Positions 1 through 9,001 are shown, counted from the first letter of the stretch. The stretch: DNA of 64,000 nt from Thermoproteota archaeon (GCA_027491485.1 JAOZGR010000002.1:75661-139660); one strand, 5' to 3'. Notes: generated by a model not told the origin, from the sequence alone. Made by a program: numbers and translations.

Positions 1-1510
1 TGGGCTTCGCGATCTTAGACTCTAGGGATAGCTGTGGGTTCCTGAGTATGCGAAATGTCAGCATTTTCGTGAATAGAGGTTTACCTGAGCCTCCCTCCCT
101 TATAAATAGTCTAACTGTAATGTTCTTGGGTGAGGAGATCTTATCTGGAGCTTTTATCTTCAGCGATATCTCTTTAGACTTCCCTCCTCCCAGGTTAAGT
201 TCCTTTGGTGGAGCGGTTACTAGCTGAGCTGGGGAGGCGACCTCCAGGCTCATGAGTAGATTCAGAGTGGAGGATATCCTGTTCTCAACCTTTATCTTCA
301 GGGTTATATCAGTTCCCTCCACTACAACAGGTGGTTCGTACTCGCCATAACCCCCTATGAAGTAGGCCTGAGCAGATATCGAGGATACCCTAAGCCAGTA
401 GGAGAAGACCGATACATACGGATAGGTATAAGCATATCTCAGCCATATGAAGGGGAGCTTGCTAAATAGCCCATCTGGCTGTATGGATGAAGATAAATCC
501 ACAATTAGTGGCTCCCATGATGTGATGAATTTATCCGTCTCAAGGAAGCCCAGAGAGGACAGCTTAGCTAGGGCGCCTATAGCTATGGCCGTAGTTATGT
601 CATAGGTTCCGGAGGAATAGCTCTCCTTTACCTGAGCCTCTAAGTAGTTAACGACTCCTTTCATTAGTTCTTCATCTACATCGAACCCTTGAAACATGGC
701 TTCAGCTAATGCATTAGCCACTTCACTGGTCACCTGTATTGTGGAGATCTTCTCCTGTTGCCAGTAGGCCATATCCTTTGACCTCTTAGCTGTAGCCTTT
801 AGATAAGTTATGGCCTTCTCAATGCTCTTATCTAATCCAGTAGCTTTAGCGCCCACCTCCCTTGCACTTAAGAGAGCGGAGAGGGCTAGCGCTGTTATAT
901 CGGGTGTGGGTTCCTTAAGCTGGAAGATATCTGCTTCTGGTATCTTACCCCAGCCACCTCCCTCAGACTGTAGATCTATGACCCTAGATATCGAAATAGC
1001 TAGGTTACCTAACCTATCAGGAGGGAGAGCTCCAGTAGCTATGGCTCCAGCTATAGCTTTTATGGCCTGTGAGCTAAGGGAAATATCAACTAACTGTCCG
1101 CTGACATCTGAACCCCATAGCCCGCTGGACCTCGCCTTATCTATGAGCCAGCTTGTCATGGAGCCTAGCCTCGCCTTGGCAGCATCAACCTCTCTTTTAT
1201 CATATGTAACGAAGTTACTGACCTGCAATGCCTCAGATAATATTAGAGATGCGTATATGTTCATCTCTAAATCTGGAATAGCTCCGAAGGTGAAACCGCT
1301 CTTATCGACGTAAATGACCCCATTAACGAATCCGTAACTCCCTTGGTATATATCGCTGGGGGAATTGTACTCAGCAACGGATATGATGTTCTTTAATGGT
1401 GCCCTAACTGCCTGTTCTACTACCTCCCTATAAGTCTGGCCTTGAGAGGGTGGAACTACTATGAGGAGCAGTAGTAATAGTAGGAGCAACGACCAGCTTA
1501 AATCCTTCAT
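1..1510 (-). CDS. Secreted/surface protein with alpha/alpha-toroid (prenyltransferase/squalene-cyclase-like repeat) region followed by Ig-like domain; runs off the window edge
   Basis: Hand-translated, absent from the ORF track: MKDLSWSLLLLLLLLIVVPPSQGQ (signal peptide) ... DLQSEGGGWG ... TALALSAL ... QPDGLF ... ITLKIKVENR ... LNLGGGKSKEISLKIKAP. No stop seen before base 1. In-frame alternative ATG at 1525. Confidence 0.75.
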   Translation of the reverse strand, partial: MKDLSWSLLLLLLLLLIVVPPSQGQTYREVVEQAVRAPLKNIISVAEYNSPSDIYQGSYGFVNGVIYVDKSGFTFGAIPDLEMNIYASLILSEALQVSNFVTYDKREVDAAKARLGSMTSWLIDKARSSGLWGSDVSGQLVDISLSSQAIKAIAGAIATGALPPDRLGNLAISISRVIDLQSEGGGWGKIPEADIFQLKEPTPDITALALSALLSAREVGAKATGLDKSIEKAITYLKATAKRSKDMAYWQQEKISTIQVTSEVANALAEAMFQGFDVDEELMKGVVNYLEAQVKESYSSGTYDITTAIAIGALAKLSSLGFLETDKFITSWEPLIVDLSSSIQPDGLFSKLPFIWLRYAYTYPYVSVFSYWLRVSSISAQAYFIGGYGEYEPPVVVEGTDITLKIKVENRISSTLNLLMSLEVASPAQLVTAPPKELNLGGGKSKEISLKIKAPDKISSPKNITVRLFIREGGSGKPLFTKMLTFRILRNPQLSLESKIAKP

Positions 1511-1630
1511 TCCACTACCCGTCATGGTAGAGGCCGCTCCAATATTTAAGGTAAGATGTGTACATCTCCAATATCACATAGACAGAAGGCTAAAACAGCA
1601 ATCCCGGGGGCCTATTAATCAGCGGCAAAC

Positions 1631-1652
1631 GGAGAAAAAGAAAGAAAGGGGA
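1631..1652 (-). terminator. Pyrimidine/U-rich archaeal terminator after the S-layer gene
   Basis: Minus strand reads CCCTTTCTTTCTTTTTCTCC immediately after the stop codon at 1657. Confidence 0.5.
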
Positions 1653-1656
1653 GGGC

Positions 1657-4512
1657 TTAGCTGCCGGCAGGCAGTCCAACGGGTACTACGAGTACAGGCT
1701 GTACAGCAACCCTGGTAGGTACGGTGGTCGGCCTTATACCTATGACTATCACGGCAGGAGCGGTGTCACCGACTCCAGCGTTGTAGTAGGTCTGTATTGT
1801 TATGTTAGCCAGCTTGGTCGGATCGGCCAGAGCTATGCTGGCAGCGAGCGTACCGAACCTGTCAGTACCAGCCACCACCAGTATGGGTTTGTCTGGGTTC
1901 CACGGGTTCTCCTTAGCGTACTGTATTACTCCGAGACCGTTGGTCTCGTCCTTGTACTTGTAGACGTACTTGGTATCTATGGTCGGATCTATCAGTGATA
2001 TAGCGTAGCTGAGGTTGATGTCCTGCTCACCAGGAGCACCGAGCGGGTTGTACAGCCAGGTGGACCTTCCATCGGTCTTGTAGAGTATGTACAAGTTACC
2101 AGTGTCGTTGAGGTACTTCACCACGGTGTTGACGAGAGGACCACCAACGAGTATGAGGGCCTTGTCAACCACATCCTCGGAGAGGCTCTCGCCGTCGAAG
2201 ACCCACTCGTCCATGTAGGCTATTGGAGCCCTTACGAAGCTGTAGACCTCCTCCGGGCTTGCGAAGTTGAATACGAGGTCCTTGTACTCATCGGGTGTTA
2301 CGTCCTCGTATACGGTGCCTCCCTCCGGCGTAGCTACGGGCACAAGCTCAGTGGCGCCGGTGAATATGCCGTCACCGTTCCTGTCCTCTACTCTGTCGTA
2401 GATGCCTGCAAATACTCCAGTGGCGTTTATCGGGTAGAACCAGTTGAGCTGCCAGTGGTACACAGCCAGGGATACATCCTCATGATAGACGTCGCTATCA
2501 GGGTCAGCTGAAGCATATATCATATCAGTTAAGTTCTTCGGGCAGCATACACCCTCACCCTCCTGTATTTCTTCACAGCCGGAGTAGTATGCGGTTAGGT
2601 TGTCAGGTTCAACGAAGTGGTCGCACTCTACCTCAGTGAGTACCTTCTCACCCTCAGTGAACTTGTAGATACCCCAAGTTGGTCCACAGGCAGGACCGCA
2701 GTACTCGCCAGCTATTCCCGGTGGTAGAGCAGGGCACTCCTGTCCAGCAACTATCTGCTGAGTTACTACGCTAGTGAACCAGTAGTCGTTTCCTCCAGCA
2801 GTGAAGTGACCATCCTCATTCAATGGAGTGTACCAACCAGTCTCATTCTGTACGAAGAGTGTGGCACCTAAGGTACCAGACTTAACTACCATGTACCAGG
2901 TGTACTCATCATCACCAGTCTTGTATCCGCTTATACCGAGGAAGGCCTCGTCGTCAGGTAAGTCAGCAAGCCACGGCTCGAATACACTCTGCTCATCAAC
3001 TATGTAACCCTTGGAGTGCGAGAAGCCCTCATCTAAACCTAGATCGTCCCATAAATCGGAGTCAGGCTCAAGCCACATGTTACCTCCGGCGAAGACCCTG
3101 GGTCCGGCCGGATCTGGATAGTTGGAAAGTTCAAGTATCACATCAACATTGTAGCTTCCCTCATCTGGATCCGCAGCATCAGCATAGTCGCTGTTAGATG
3201 GGTGAGGCCATCCGTAGGTATCATCGAAGAACCATTTAGTATTCCAGAATGCATATACATCGTCAGTGGGATGCGTAGTACCATCGATTGGGTCGGTACC
3301 TCCTTGTGATCCTTCTCCATATCCCGGATATATGTTCGGAGCAAGCACCAGTGAGTAGAAGTCCATTGTAACAGTCTGGAGTACTTCATCAGTGTCCCTC
3401 ACGGTTATACCGAAGTACGGCACGAGCCTCTCATCGTCCTCGATAACACCATCCCCATCTATATCGGCTTTTATGTATATGTCCCTGTGGATGATGCTGT
3501 ATAGGAAAGTCTGGAACGTGTCTGGATCGTTATCCTTTGGATTCTCAGTCTGAGTTCCTGCATTATTACTGTTCTCTATGTGGAAGTAATCTACGGGCGT
3601 AGTACCTCCTATCTTGTACACAACGAAGCCTACACTGTAGCTACCAGGTTCATCAACATCAACGGTGTCTGCAGACAGTGTGTAGCCAGCCCATGGCAGG
3701 TCTATAGTCGTCCCTATCTTCACATCAATCGGGTTGAGCGGATGTATGAAGTAGAAGCCTGCGTGAGACCATGTATATTCAATGTCTAACTCAACCGGGG
3801 TGAAGTCTTGAGTGGTGTCCCATGCATCAAAGCTAAAGAGCCAGCCACCTGGGCAGTCAAAGTTCAGCTGGGTAGCCCAGGACTTCTCCGCATCAGTGTA
3901 GGCAGGCGGGAAGTAGCCGGGTGCGAAGACAACGTACTCACTGAGATCGTCAGGATCGACCTCGAGACCTATGGAGAACTTTATCTCAGTTGGGTTCTGT
4001 ACGCTCTCTACTTCGGCTGGTACGAATACGTAGTCGCCTTCAAGTGGGAATATCTTACCGAATGGGTTGGGTAAATCATCGCCAGGTTCCCTTCCCCAGT
4101 CCTCATCCCAGCTCCAGAGGAAGCCTTCTACCTCAAGGCCGTCATCAGTAAAGTTATAGTCCCCTACTAGGTCTAAGGCCTGGTATCTGTGACCATAGGC
4201 CTCAGCAGTGAAGCTACCATGGTAGAGTTTTACTCCATGGGCCTCAGCATCCTTAGCATCAACGTAGAGGGCATTTGTGAAGTAGAGGTGCGAGGCCATC
4301 TTTGCCGCTATAAGTGTAGCGCCTAAAACGTCCTCAGGGGCTGCCTTGCTACCTAATATAATAGCAACGTCGGGCATGCCATCAAGGTCATAGTCTATAG
4401 TTCCATCCTGTACGAAGGGCTGTGGGAATAGATGTATTGGGTAGGCCATAGCCGGGAGTACGCTAGCCCCCAGCAGGACTACCAAGGCCACTATTATGTA
4501 TGCCTTCTTCAT
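1657..4512 (-). CDS. S-layer protein (Methanococcales/Thermococcales-type N- and C-terminal domains with a large acidic central region)
   Basis: Signal peptide MKKAYIIVALVVLLGASVLPAMA; N-terminal motif P..FV..G...IILGSKAAPEDVLGATLIA; C-terminal motifs LILVGGPLVN and VVAGTDRFGT. ATG at 4512 has a GGAGGTGA SD (ORF track start 4536). Confidence 0.85.
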   Translation of the reverse strand: MKKAYIIVALVVLLGASVLPAMAYPIHLFPQPFVQDGTIDYDLDGMPDVAIILGSKAAPEDVLGATLIAAKMASHLYFTNALYVDAKDAEAHGVKLYHGSFTAEAYGHRYQALDLVGDYNFTDDGLEVEGFLWSWDEDWGREPGDDLPNPFGKIFPLEGDYVFVPAEVESVQNPTEIKFSIGLEVDPDDLSEYVVFAPGYFPPAYTDAEKSWATQLNFDCPGGWLFSFDAWDTTQDFTPVELDIEYTWSHAGFYFIHPLNPIDVKIGTTIDLPWAGYTLSADTVDVDEPGSYSVGFVVYKIGGTTPVDYFHIENSNNAGTQTENPKDNDPDTFQTFLYSIIHRDIYIKADIDGDGVIEDDERLVPYFGITVRDTDEVLQTVTMDFYSLVLAPNIYPGYGEGSQGGTDPIDGTTHPTDDVYAFWNTKWFFDDTYGWPHPSNSDYADAADPDEGSYNVDVILELSNYPDPAGPRVFAGGNMWLEPDSDLWDDLGLDEGFSHSKGYIVDEQSVFEPWLADLPDDEAFLGISGYKTGDDEYTWYMVVKSGTLGATLFVQNETGWYTPLNEDGHFTAGGNDYWFTSVVTQQIVAGQECPALPPGIAGEYCGPACGPTWGIYKFTEGEKVLTEVECDHFVEPDNLTAYYSGCEEIQEGEGVCCPKNLTDMIYASADPDSDVYHEDVSLAVYHWQLNWFYPINATGVFAGIYDRVEDRNGDGIFTGATELVPVATPEGGTVYEDVTPDEYKDLVFNFASPEEVYSFVRAPIAYMDEWVFDGESLSEDVVDKALILVGGPLVNTVVKYLNDTGNLYILYKTDGRSTWLYNPLGAPGEQDINLSYAISLIDPTIDTKYVYKYKDETNGLGVIQYAKENPWNPDKPILVVAGTDRFGTLAASIALADPTKLANITIQTYYNAGVGDTAPAVIVIGIRPTTVPTRVAVQPVLVVPVGLPAGS

Positions 4513-4572
4513 AACGAATTCACCTCCCCTTGCCACAACTGTGGCAAAGGGCTGAGGGTCATCACCATGAAG

Positions 4573-4581
4573 TATTTAAAA
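4573..4581 (-). promoter_or_regulatory. TATA box of the S-layer gene
   Basis: TTTTAAATA on the minus strand about 60 nt upstream of the ATG, leaving room for an SD-containing leader. Confidence 0.55.
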
Positions 4582-4597
4582 TTATTGTCATTGGAAT

Positions 4598-4621
4598 CGT
4601 TGCAAAACGTTGCAAAACGTT
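4598..4621. repeat. 10-bp tandem repeat (CGTTGCAAAA) x2.4
   Basis: cgttgcaaaa cgttgcaaaa cgtt read directly. Confidence 0.85.
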
Positions 4622-4892
4622 CATACAGATATACTATGCCCTATAGTGAATAGATAGGCTATAATTTCTCTGTTTATCCTTCTATAGGCGATTAAAAAGT
4701 TCACAGTGATTAAACAGAGCCCAATTACACGGAAAGATGAAGCAGAATTCACTTATATTAACTGATATGCGATTATTATCATAATATTTTGAAAGAAAAC
4801 AGATATGTACCCTGTAAATAATCTAAATAAAATATAAAGCTTAATGGTTTTGTATTGACATACTTTTCCACAATTGACTAATTCTATAGTGG

Positions 4893-5057
4893 TCATTCGA
4901 CGTTACGAGTAAGCGCTGCGGGATTAAAAGGCTTCGGGTGTGGATCTGTTGTTGGAGATCCACATCTAGGACATACCTCTCTGAACGTGTATGTCCAGCA
5001 GACACTACATCTTCTCATTCTCTTCGAGAATTCGGTGTTTACCTTATCTAGGGGCAT
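4893..5057 (-). CDS. nop10: H/ACA RNP protein Nop10 (short, lacks the C-terminal helix)
   Basis: Hand-translated: MPLDKVNTEFSKRMRRCSVCWTYTFREVCPRCGSPTTDPHPKPFNPAALTRNVE*. CxxC..YT...CPxCG..HP.F pattern, canonical position after aIF2-alpha. Alternative start at 5018. Confidence 0.85.
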   Translation of the reverse strand: MPLDKVNTEFSKRMRRCSVCWTYTFREVCPRCGSPTTDPHPKPFNPAALTRNVE

Positions 5058-5867
5058 TTATGAAAGCCTCTTCCTATATTCCTTCTCCTCAACTACTTCG
5101 AATATCTCGCTAGGAGATATGCTCTTGCTTATTGCCTTCACAATATATGTAGTGGTTCTCCTCACTAGCTTTGGGTCCTGCGATCTTATTGATATGACAT
5201 ATCTAGGAGCACCAGCTGTGTATATCTCTACAGAGACATCTTTACTCTTAGATACGGATAATCCACTTGAGAGGGCTTTCCTTATCCTTAGAACACCATC
5301 GTGGGCAAAAGATACGAGCTTCACTACTATATTCTTTATGTAGATAGGTGGTTTCAGTTGGGTCTTTACAACACCTTCTAACTCCTTAGCCAGCTTCTCT
5401 TCTATGCCTGCTTTGGTTAACGGTTCTATCCCCTCATAGAGGACATCTTCAAGCGCATCCATTGGATTTCTGTAATACTCGACGAGTTTAGTCCAAGCCT
5501 CCCTCGCCACGATATCAGGATCGCTATATCCAGCTCTTTGGGCCGATATCTTTAGGAGTGAAAGGACCCTTATCTTCTCCTTCCACTCCTCTAGTTTCCT
5601 CTTCTTCTGCTCCTCGCTCACATATCTTAGGGAGAGATCAACCTGTCCAAGCTTCCTATTAGCCCTTATAACCCTACCAACTACCTTATCTCCCTCTCTA
5701 ACGAAATCCCTTATGTCCTTTATCCTCCCAGAAGCTACATGGCTCCTAGGGATATAGGCCTCAAGGCCCTCATACTCGTCCAGCTCTACGATCACTCCGT
5801 GATCCTCTACCCTCTTTACCGTCCCAACGACTAGCTCATTTCTCCTAGGAAAGGATTTATAGCTCAT
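5058..5867 (-). CDS. eif2a: Translation initiation factor aIF2 alpha subunit
   Basis: N-terminal S1 domain (ELVVGTVKRV..LDEYEGLEAYI..VDLSLR), C-terminal GAPRY; follows eS27. Confidence 0.95.
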   Translation of the reverse strand: MSYKSFPRRNELVVGTVKRVEDHGVIVELDEYEGLEAYIPRSHVASGRIKDIRDFVREGDKVVGRVIRANRKLGQVDLSLRYVSEEQKKRKLEEWKEKIRVLSLLKISAQRAGYSDPDIVAREAWTKLVEYYRNPMDALEDVLYEGIEPLTKAGIEEKLAKELEGVVKTQLKPPIYIKNIVVKLVSFAHDGVLRIRKALSSGLSVSKSKDVSVEIYTAGAPRYVISIRSQDPKLVRRTTTYIVKAISKSISPSEIFEVVEEKEYRKRLS

Positions 5868-6082
5868 TCTCTCACTCTACCTAGGTATTCTATGACGGTC
5901 GCTAAGATCTGGGCTTTTCCACCCTTTGGACGCACCAGTACTTCATCACACACCTGACATTTTACGGTCCTAGAGGCATGGGAGAACACTATCTGCTCAT
6001 TACCACACTTGGGACATCTAACCCTAACGAAGTAACTCTTAGGAAAGGGTATAAGTTCTAACCTCCTGCCCAAGGTGATCAC
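5864..6082 (-). CDS. rps27e: 30S ribosomal protein S27e (eS27)
   Basis: PKSYFVRVRCPKCGNEQIVFSHA...C..C...L..P.GGKA. Confidence 0.97.
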   Translation of the reverse strand: MITLGRRLELIPFPKSYFVRVRCPKCGNEQIVFSHASRTVKCQVCDEVLVRPKGGKAQILATVIEYLGRVRE

Positions 6083-6357
6083 CTCTTTATCTCAACTCTA
6101 GAGAGTCTTCCTAAGTTTCTCATTACTTTTCTACCGCATTCTTCACAAGTAAGCACTAGAAGGACTTTCTTTGTGGTCTTCGCTTTCCTCCTCAGCTTAC
6201 CCCTGGGTTCACCTCCATATCCCCTTCTCTTCCTCTCAAGCTGCCTTTGTCCCCATGAGAGGGCCCTAGCTTTGCCTTGTTTATAGAGAGAGACCTTATG
6301 CTTGGTATGCCTACCGCACCTCGGGCAGTAGGTATTCATCTCGGATGGTACCTTCAT
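6079..6357 (-). CDS. rpl44e: 50S ribosomal protein L44e (eL42)
   Basis: TYCPRCGRHTKHKV...GYGG...KTTKK..L.C..CG. Confidence 0.96.
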   Translation of the reverse strand: MKVPSEMNTYCPRCGRHTKHKVSLYKQGKARALSWGQRQLERKRRGYGGEPRGKLRRKAKTTKKVLLVLTCEECGRKVMRNLGRLSRVEIKR

Positions 6358-6860
6358 TCATTCACCTCCTCAGCAACACCTTTGGTAATTAAAGCCCTTG
6401 CGTTTTCATACGGTATTAGGGCGACATCCCCTTGGGAGAAGGGTCCATAAACTTTCATGTCTACACCAACGAATTTAGGTATTGGAGTTTTAAAGATTAC
6501 TAATGTTCCCTCGATATCTCCTTTTAGTGGCTCGTATCCTCGCTTAACCGTTCTTTCCTCCTTATACTCGATTCGGGTTAATTCTACTGCTTTATTTCCT
6601 CTCTCAGTGGCGTGCCTGATCGGAATTCCATAAAATGCCTTTTTTGAGGACTCATCCATTTCTAAGGCATTCTCTAACTCCTGCCTTAGGGTCCTCAATA
6701 TATTCAGGGCCTCCAGATATATCCTATCTTCGAGATCAGATCCCGTCTTCTCCAATAGTTCTTCCTCAAGGGACCTAATTTCTTCTAGTAGCGGTTCTGA
6801 TAGCTTCCCTTCTGATATATATGAGTAGAGGGCCCTTACTATCTCCTTATATTTTGCCAT
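6354..6860 (-). CDS. gins51: GINS complex subunit Gins51 (Gins15)
   Basis: Helical N-terminal half plus C-terminal B-domain IPKFVGVDMKVYGPFSQGDVALIPYENARALI; conserved position after priS. Confidence 0.85.
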   Translation of the reverse strand: MAKYKEIVRALYSYISEGKLSEPLLEEIRSLEEELLEKTGSDLEDRIYLEALNILRTLRQELENALEMDESSKKAFYGIPIRHATERGNKAVELTRIEYKEERTVKRGYEPLKGDIEGTLVIFKTPIPKFVGVDMKVYGPFSQGDVALIPYENARALITKGVAEEVNE

Positions 6861-6892
6861 TCACTCAGTGAAAGCTGGTGTGGGAGTTAAAC

Positions 6893-8062
6893 TTAACTCC
6901 CCAGTAGCTGGGCCCTATCCCTCAACACTAGGAAGATTCCAGCATATCCTGGGAGCCTTATCTCCTCTCCAGGCTTGAAGGGGCCAAAGCTTTCCTCCTT
7001 TAAGTGAAATTTGGGCACCTCTAACGTAATCCTTACTGGAACCTCGGGTTCCGGAGGTAGACCAATGGCATCCGTAAACGGATTGAATAGTAAGCATTCA
7101 TCAAAGGTAAGGCTCAGTGCTCTGAAACCGGTCTTCCCGTGTAAGCTATTAGGTATCCTAGTTAGCCTACCTGTATCCATTGTGACCATCCAGTCTATCC
7201 TCACGCCAGTTTTCGAAGCCGCTTCCTTAAACTTATCTATCACAAGTTTCCTCTCCCTAGAATTCAGTCTGATGGGCTTTCCCTCGCCCAGAAAAGCTTT
7301 GAGTTTAGGTTTTAGTGACTTCGGTAATTTCATGTTGTCTAAGTTAGTGAGCATGAACTTTATTGTCCTCGAGAGAACCCCACCAACTGGAGATGGTAGT
7401 ACTGCCATTCCATCTCCAGTAATCTGGATGAGCGAGAATGGATCGAAATCTCTTCCCATGATGAAGAAGCAGATCTCCCTCCTTTCGTTTCTTCCCAAAG
7501 TTGTCAAGGGGCCTTCAGTTACCCTGACATGGAATCCCCTATTTCCCGTGTAGGATATTGCTATCTTCCTTATATCTACATCTAGCTCGCTGCTCAATAT
7601 GTCTACTAGCCTCCTTACCTCCACCTTCGCAAGCTCAATACACCTCTCATTTAGCCAGTGATTTACCTCTAGCCTATCTGAACCACATTTAGGGCATCTT
7701 CTTGGTCTTACTCCCTTACCAGAATTACCGCATTCCTTACATCTCCATAGAGAGTCCTTCTCACAGACTTCGTCGTTGAAATCAGTGGAGTCTATGTCAA
7801 AGAGTAGCTCTGCTCTTATCATTCCTTTCTCATCCATAGGTGCGGTTGGATTCGTGTATAGGGAGACGGAGTAATACGCATGCAGGGGAGGATCTGTTAT
7901 TAGATACCTTCTGAGGTCCTCTAAATTCCTGAACGATATATGCCTTCTTACAGTCCTATCAAATGTCATAAACATGAATTCCCTCTTAGGAACATCGCTT
8001 ACATATATTGTCTTGGCCATATGTTGATAATATAGTCCGAAAAGTCCCTCTATTAGGGTCAA
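6893..8062 (-). CDS. priS: DNA primase catalytic subunit PriS
   Basis: REF, ELLFDIDS, YTGNRGFH, ID..VT.D..RL.R.P.SLHGKTG motifs; GINS-B-like C-terminal domain. Confidence 0.95.
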   Translation of the reverse strand: MTLIEGLFGLYYQHMAKTIYVSDVPKREFMFMTFDRTVRRHISFRNLEDLRRYLITDPPLHAYYSVSLYTNPTAPMDEKGMIRAELLFDIDSTDFNDEVCEKDSLWRCKECGNSGKGVRPRRCPKCGSDRLEVNHWLNERCIELAKVEVRRLVDILSSELDVDIRKIAISYTGNRGFHVRVTEGPLTTLGRNERREICFFIMGRDFDPFSLIQITGDGMAVLPSPVGGVLSRTIKFMLTNLDNMKLPKSLKPKLKAFLGEGKPIRLNSRERKLVIDKFKEAASKTGVRIDWMVTMDTGRLTRIPNSLHGKTGFRALSLTFDECLLFNPFTDAIGLPPEPEVPVRITLEVPKFHLKEESFGPFKPGEEIRLPGYAGIFLVLRDRAQLLGS

Positions 8063-8992
8063 TTATAGTCCCTCTAACATGTACTTCCTGCCGCATTCTT
8101 CTGGACAGAGGCCCCAGCTCCTCATCGTATCGCAGTTAGGAGGCATGTACTTCTTCTTAGCTATGTGAGATATCTGGTATGATGTTATCTTCTCATTGAA
8201 GTCCGGTAGATTCCTAAAGAGATCGAGGACTTGCTCTTCGTTCCATCCAACCTTAAGTAGGAAAGTTGCTAGGGTGAACCTGGCCTGATGCGTTAGGTTC
8301 TCCCCTCTCCTCAACCTGTCTATGAGAGTCCTTATGCAAGGAGGGAAGTCTCCTTTCTTGGGCTTCTTAGTTCTCCTCCTCATCCTTGCCTTATATAGGA
8401 GAGATATTTCCTCGGCAGTCCTCTTAAGAGGGTCAGGAAGTTCTATCTTCGGAGTCTCCATTACGCCAATCCTTACATATTCGGCCAATAGCCTCCTGAG
8501 TTCGGTCTTATCTATCATGACCTTGCCCTTTCTAACTATTCTGTTGACAAGTCTCCATTTTACGCCACCTATATGGCAACTAGCCCTTAGAAACCCCGGT
8601 ATATCGATCCACAATACCTCTCCTCCTTCAATGGAGAGGTCAAATGTTTCCGTCGCTATCTCCTTTAGCCGATCTAGTGGGAGGTCCTCTGAAAGCTTAG
8701 AGAATCTTTTAGACTCATAGACAGCGAGTCTACTCAACACGGAACGACCAACACTGGCAGCTATAAGTTTGGCCGCTACAAAAGAGTAGACTTCATTCAT
8801 AGGATTTGCTCTATCGATGATCCAGTCATGCTTGCCAATGATGGCATTTAGCAACCTCTCTTTAGCCATTAACCTAGCTCTTTCGAACAAGGGATCTAGC
8901 GCTAGATCCTCTATAGTTACTCCCTGTTCCTCTAATATCTCTGCAGCTTTGCGTGAGAATGGAGCTATAGCGAGAATATTACTATCTTGCAT
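8063..8992 (-). CDS. priL: DNA primase large subunit PriL
   Basis: WRLVNR..G.V; Fe-S domain FPPC...H.ARF.L...PDF....T.YQ..HI...Y.PPNC.TM...GLC...C. Confidence 0.95.
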   Translation of the reverse strand: MQDSNILAIAPFSRKAAEILEEQGVTIEDLALDPLFERARLMAKERLLNAIIGKHDWIIDRANPMNEVYSFVAAKLIAASVGRSVLSRLAVYESKRFSKLSEDLPLDRLKEIATETFDLSIEGGEVLWIDIPGFLRASCHIGGVKWRLVNRIVRKGKVMIDKTELRRLLAEYVRIGVMETPKIELPDPLKRTAEEISLLYKARMRRRTKKPKKGDFPPCIRTLIDRLRRGENLTHQARFTLATFLLKVGWNEEQVLDLFRNLPDFNEKITSYQISHIAKKKYMPPNCDTMRSWGLCPEECGRKYMLEGL

Positions 8993-9001
8993 CTAATTCA
9001 C

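Noticed and set aside
810-1313. Plus-strand 167-aa ORF and the many other antisense ORFs in the track (e.g. 7011-7553, 14099-14638, 30685-31356, 53153-53659)
   Set aside because: They are shadows on the opposite strand of clearly identified genes and show no family motifs.
4740-4892. Possible replication origin in the AT-rich gap near the replication cluster
   Set aside because: No ORB-like repeats with G-strings and no cdc6/orc1 gene; a single TTTTCCACA DnaA-box-like word is expected by chance.
4940-4965. Hairpin TGTGGATCT...AGATCCACA
   Set aside because: It lies within the nop10 coding sequence and is explained by its codons.
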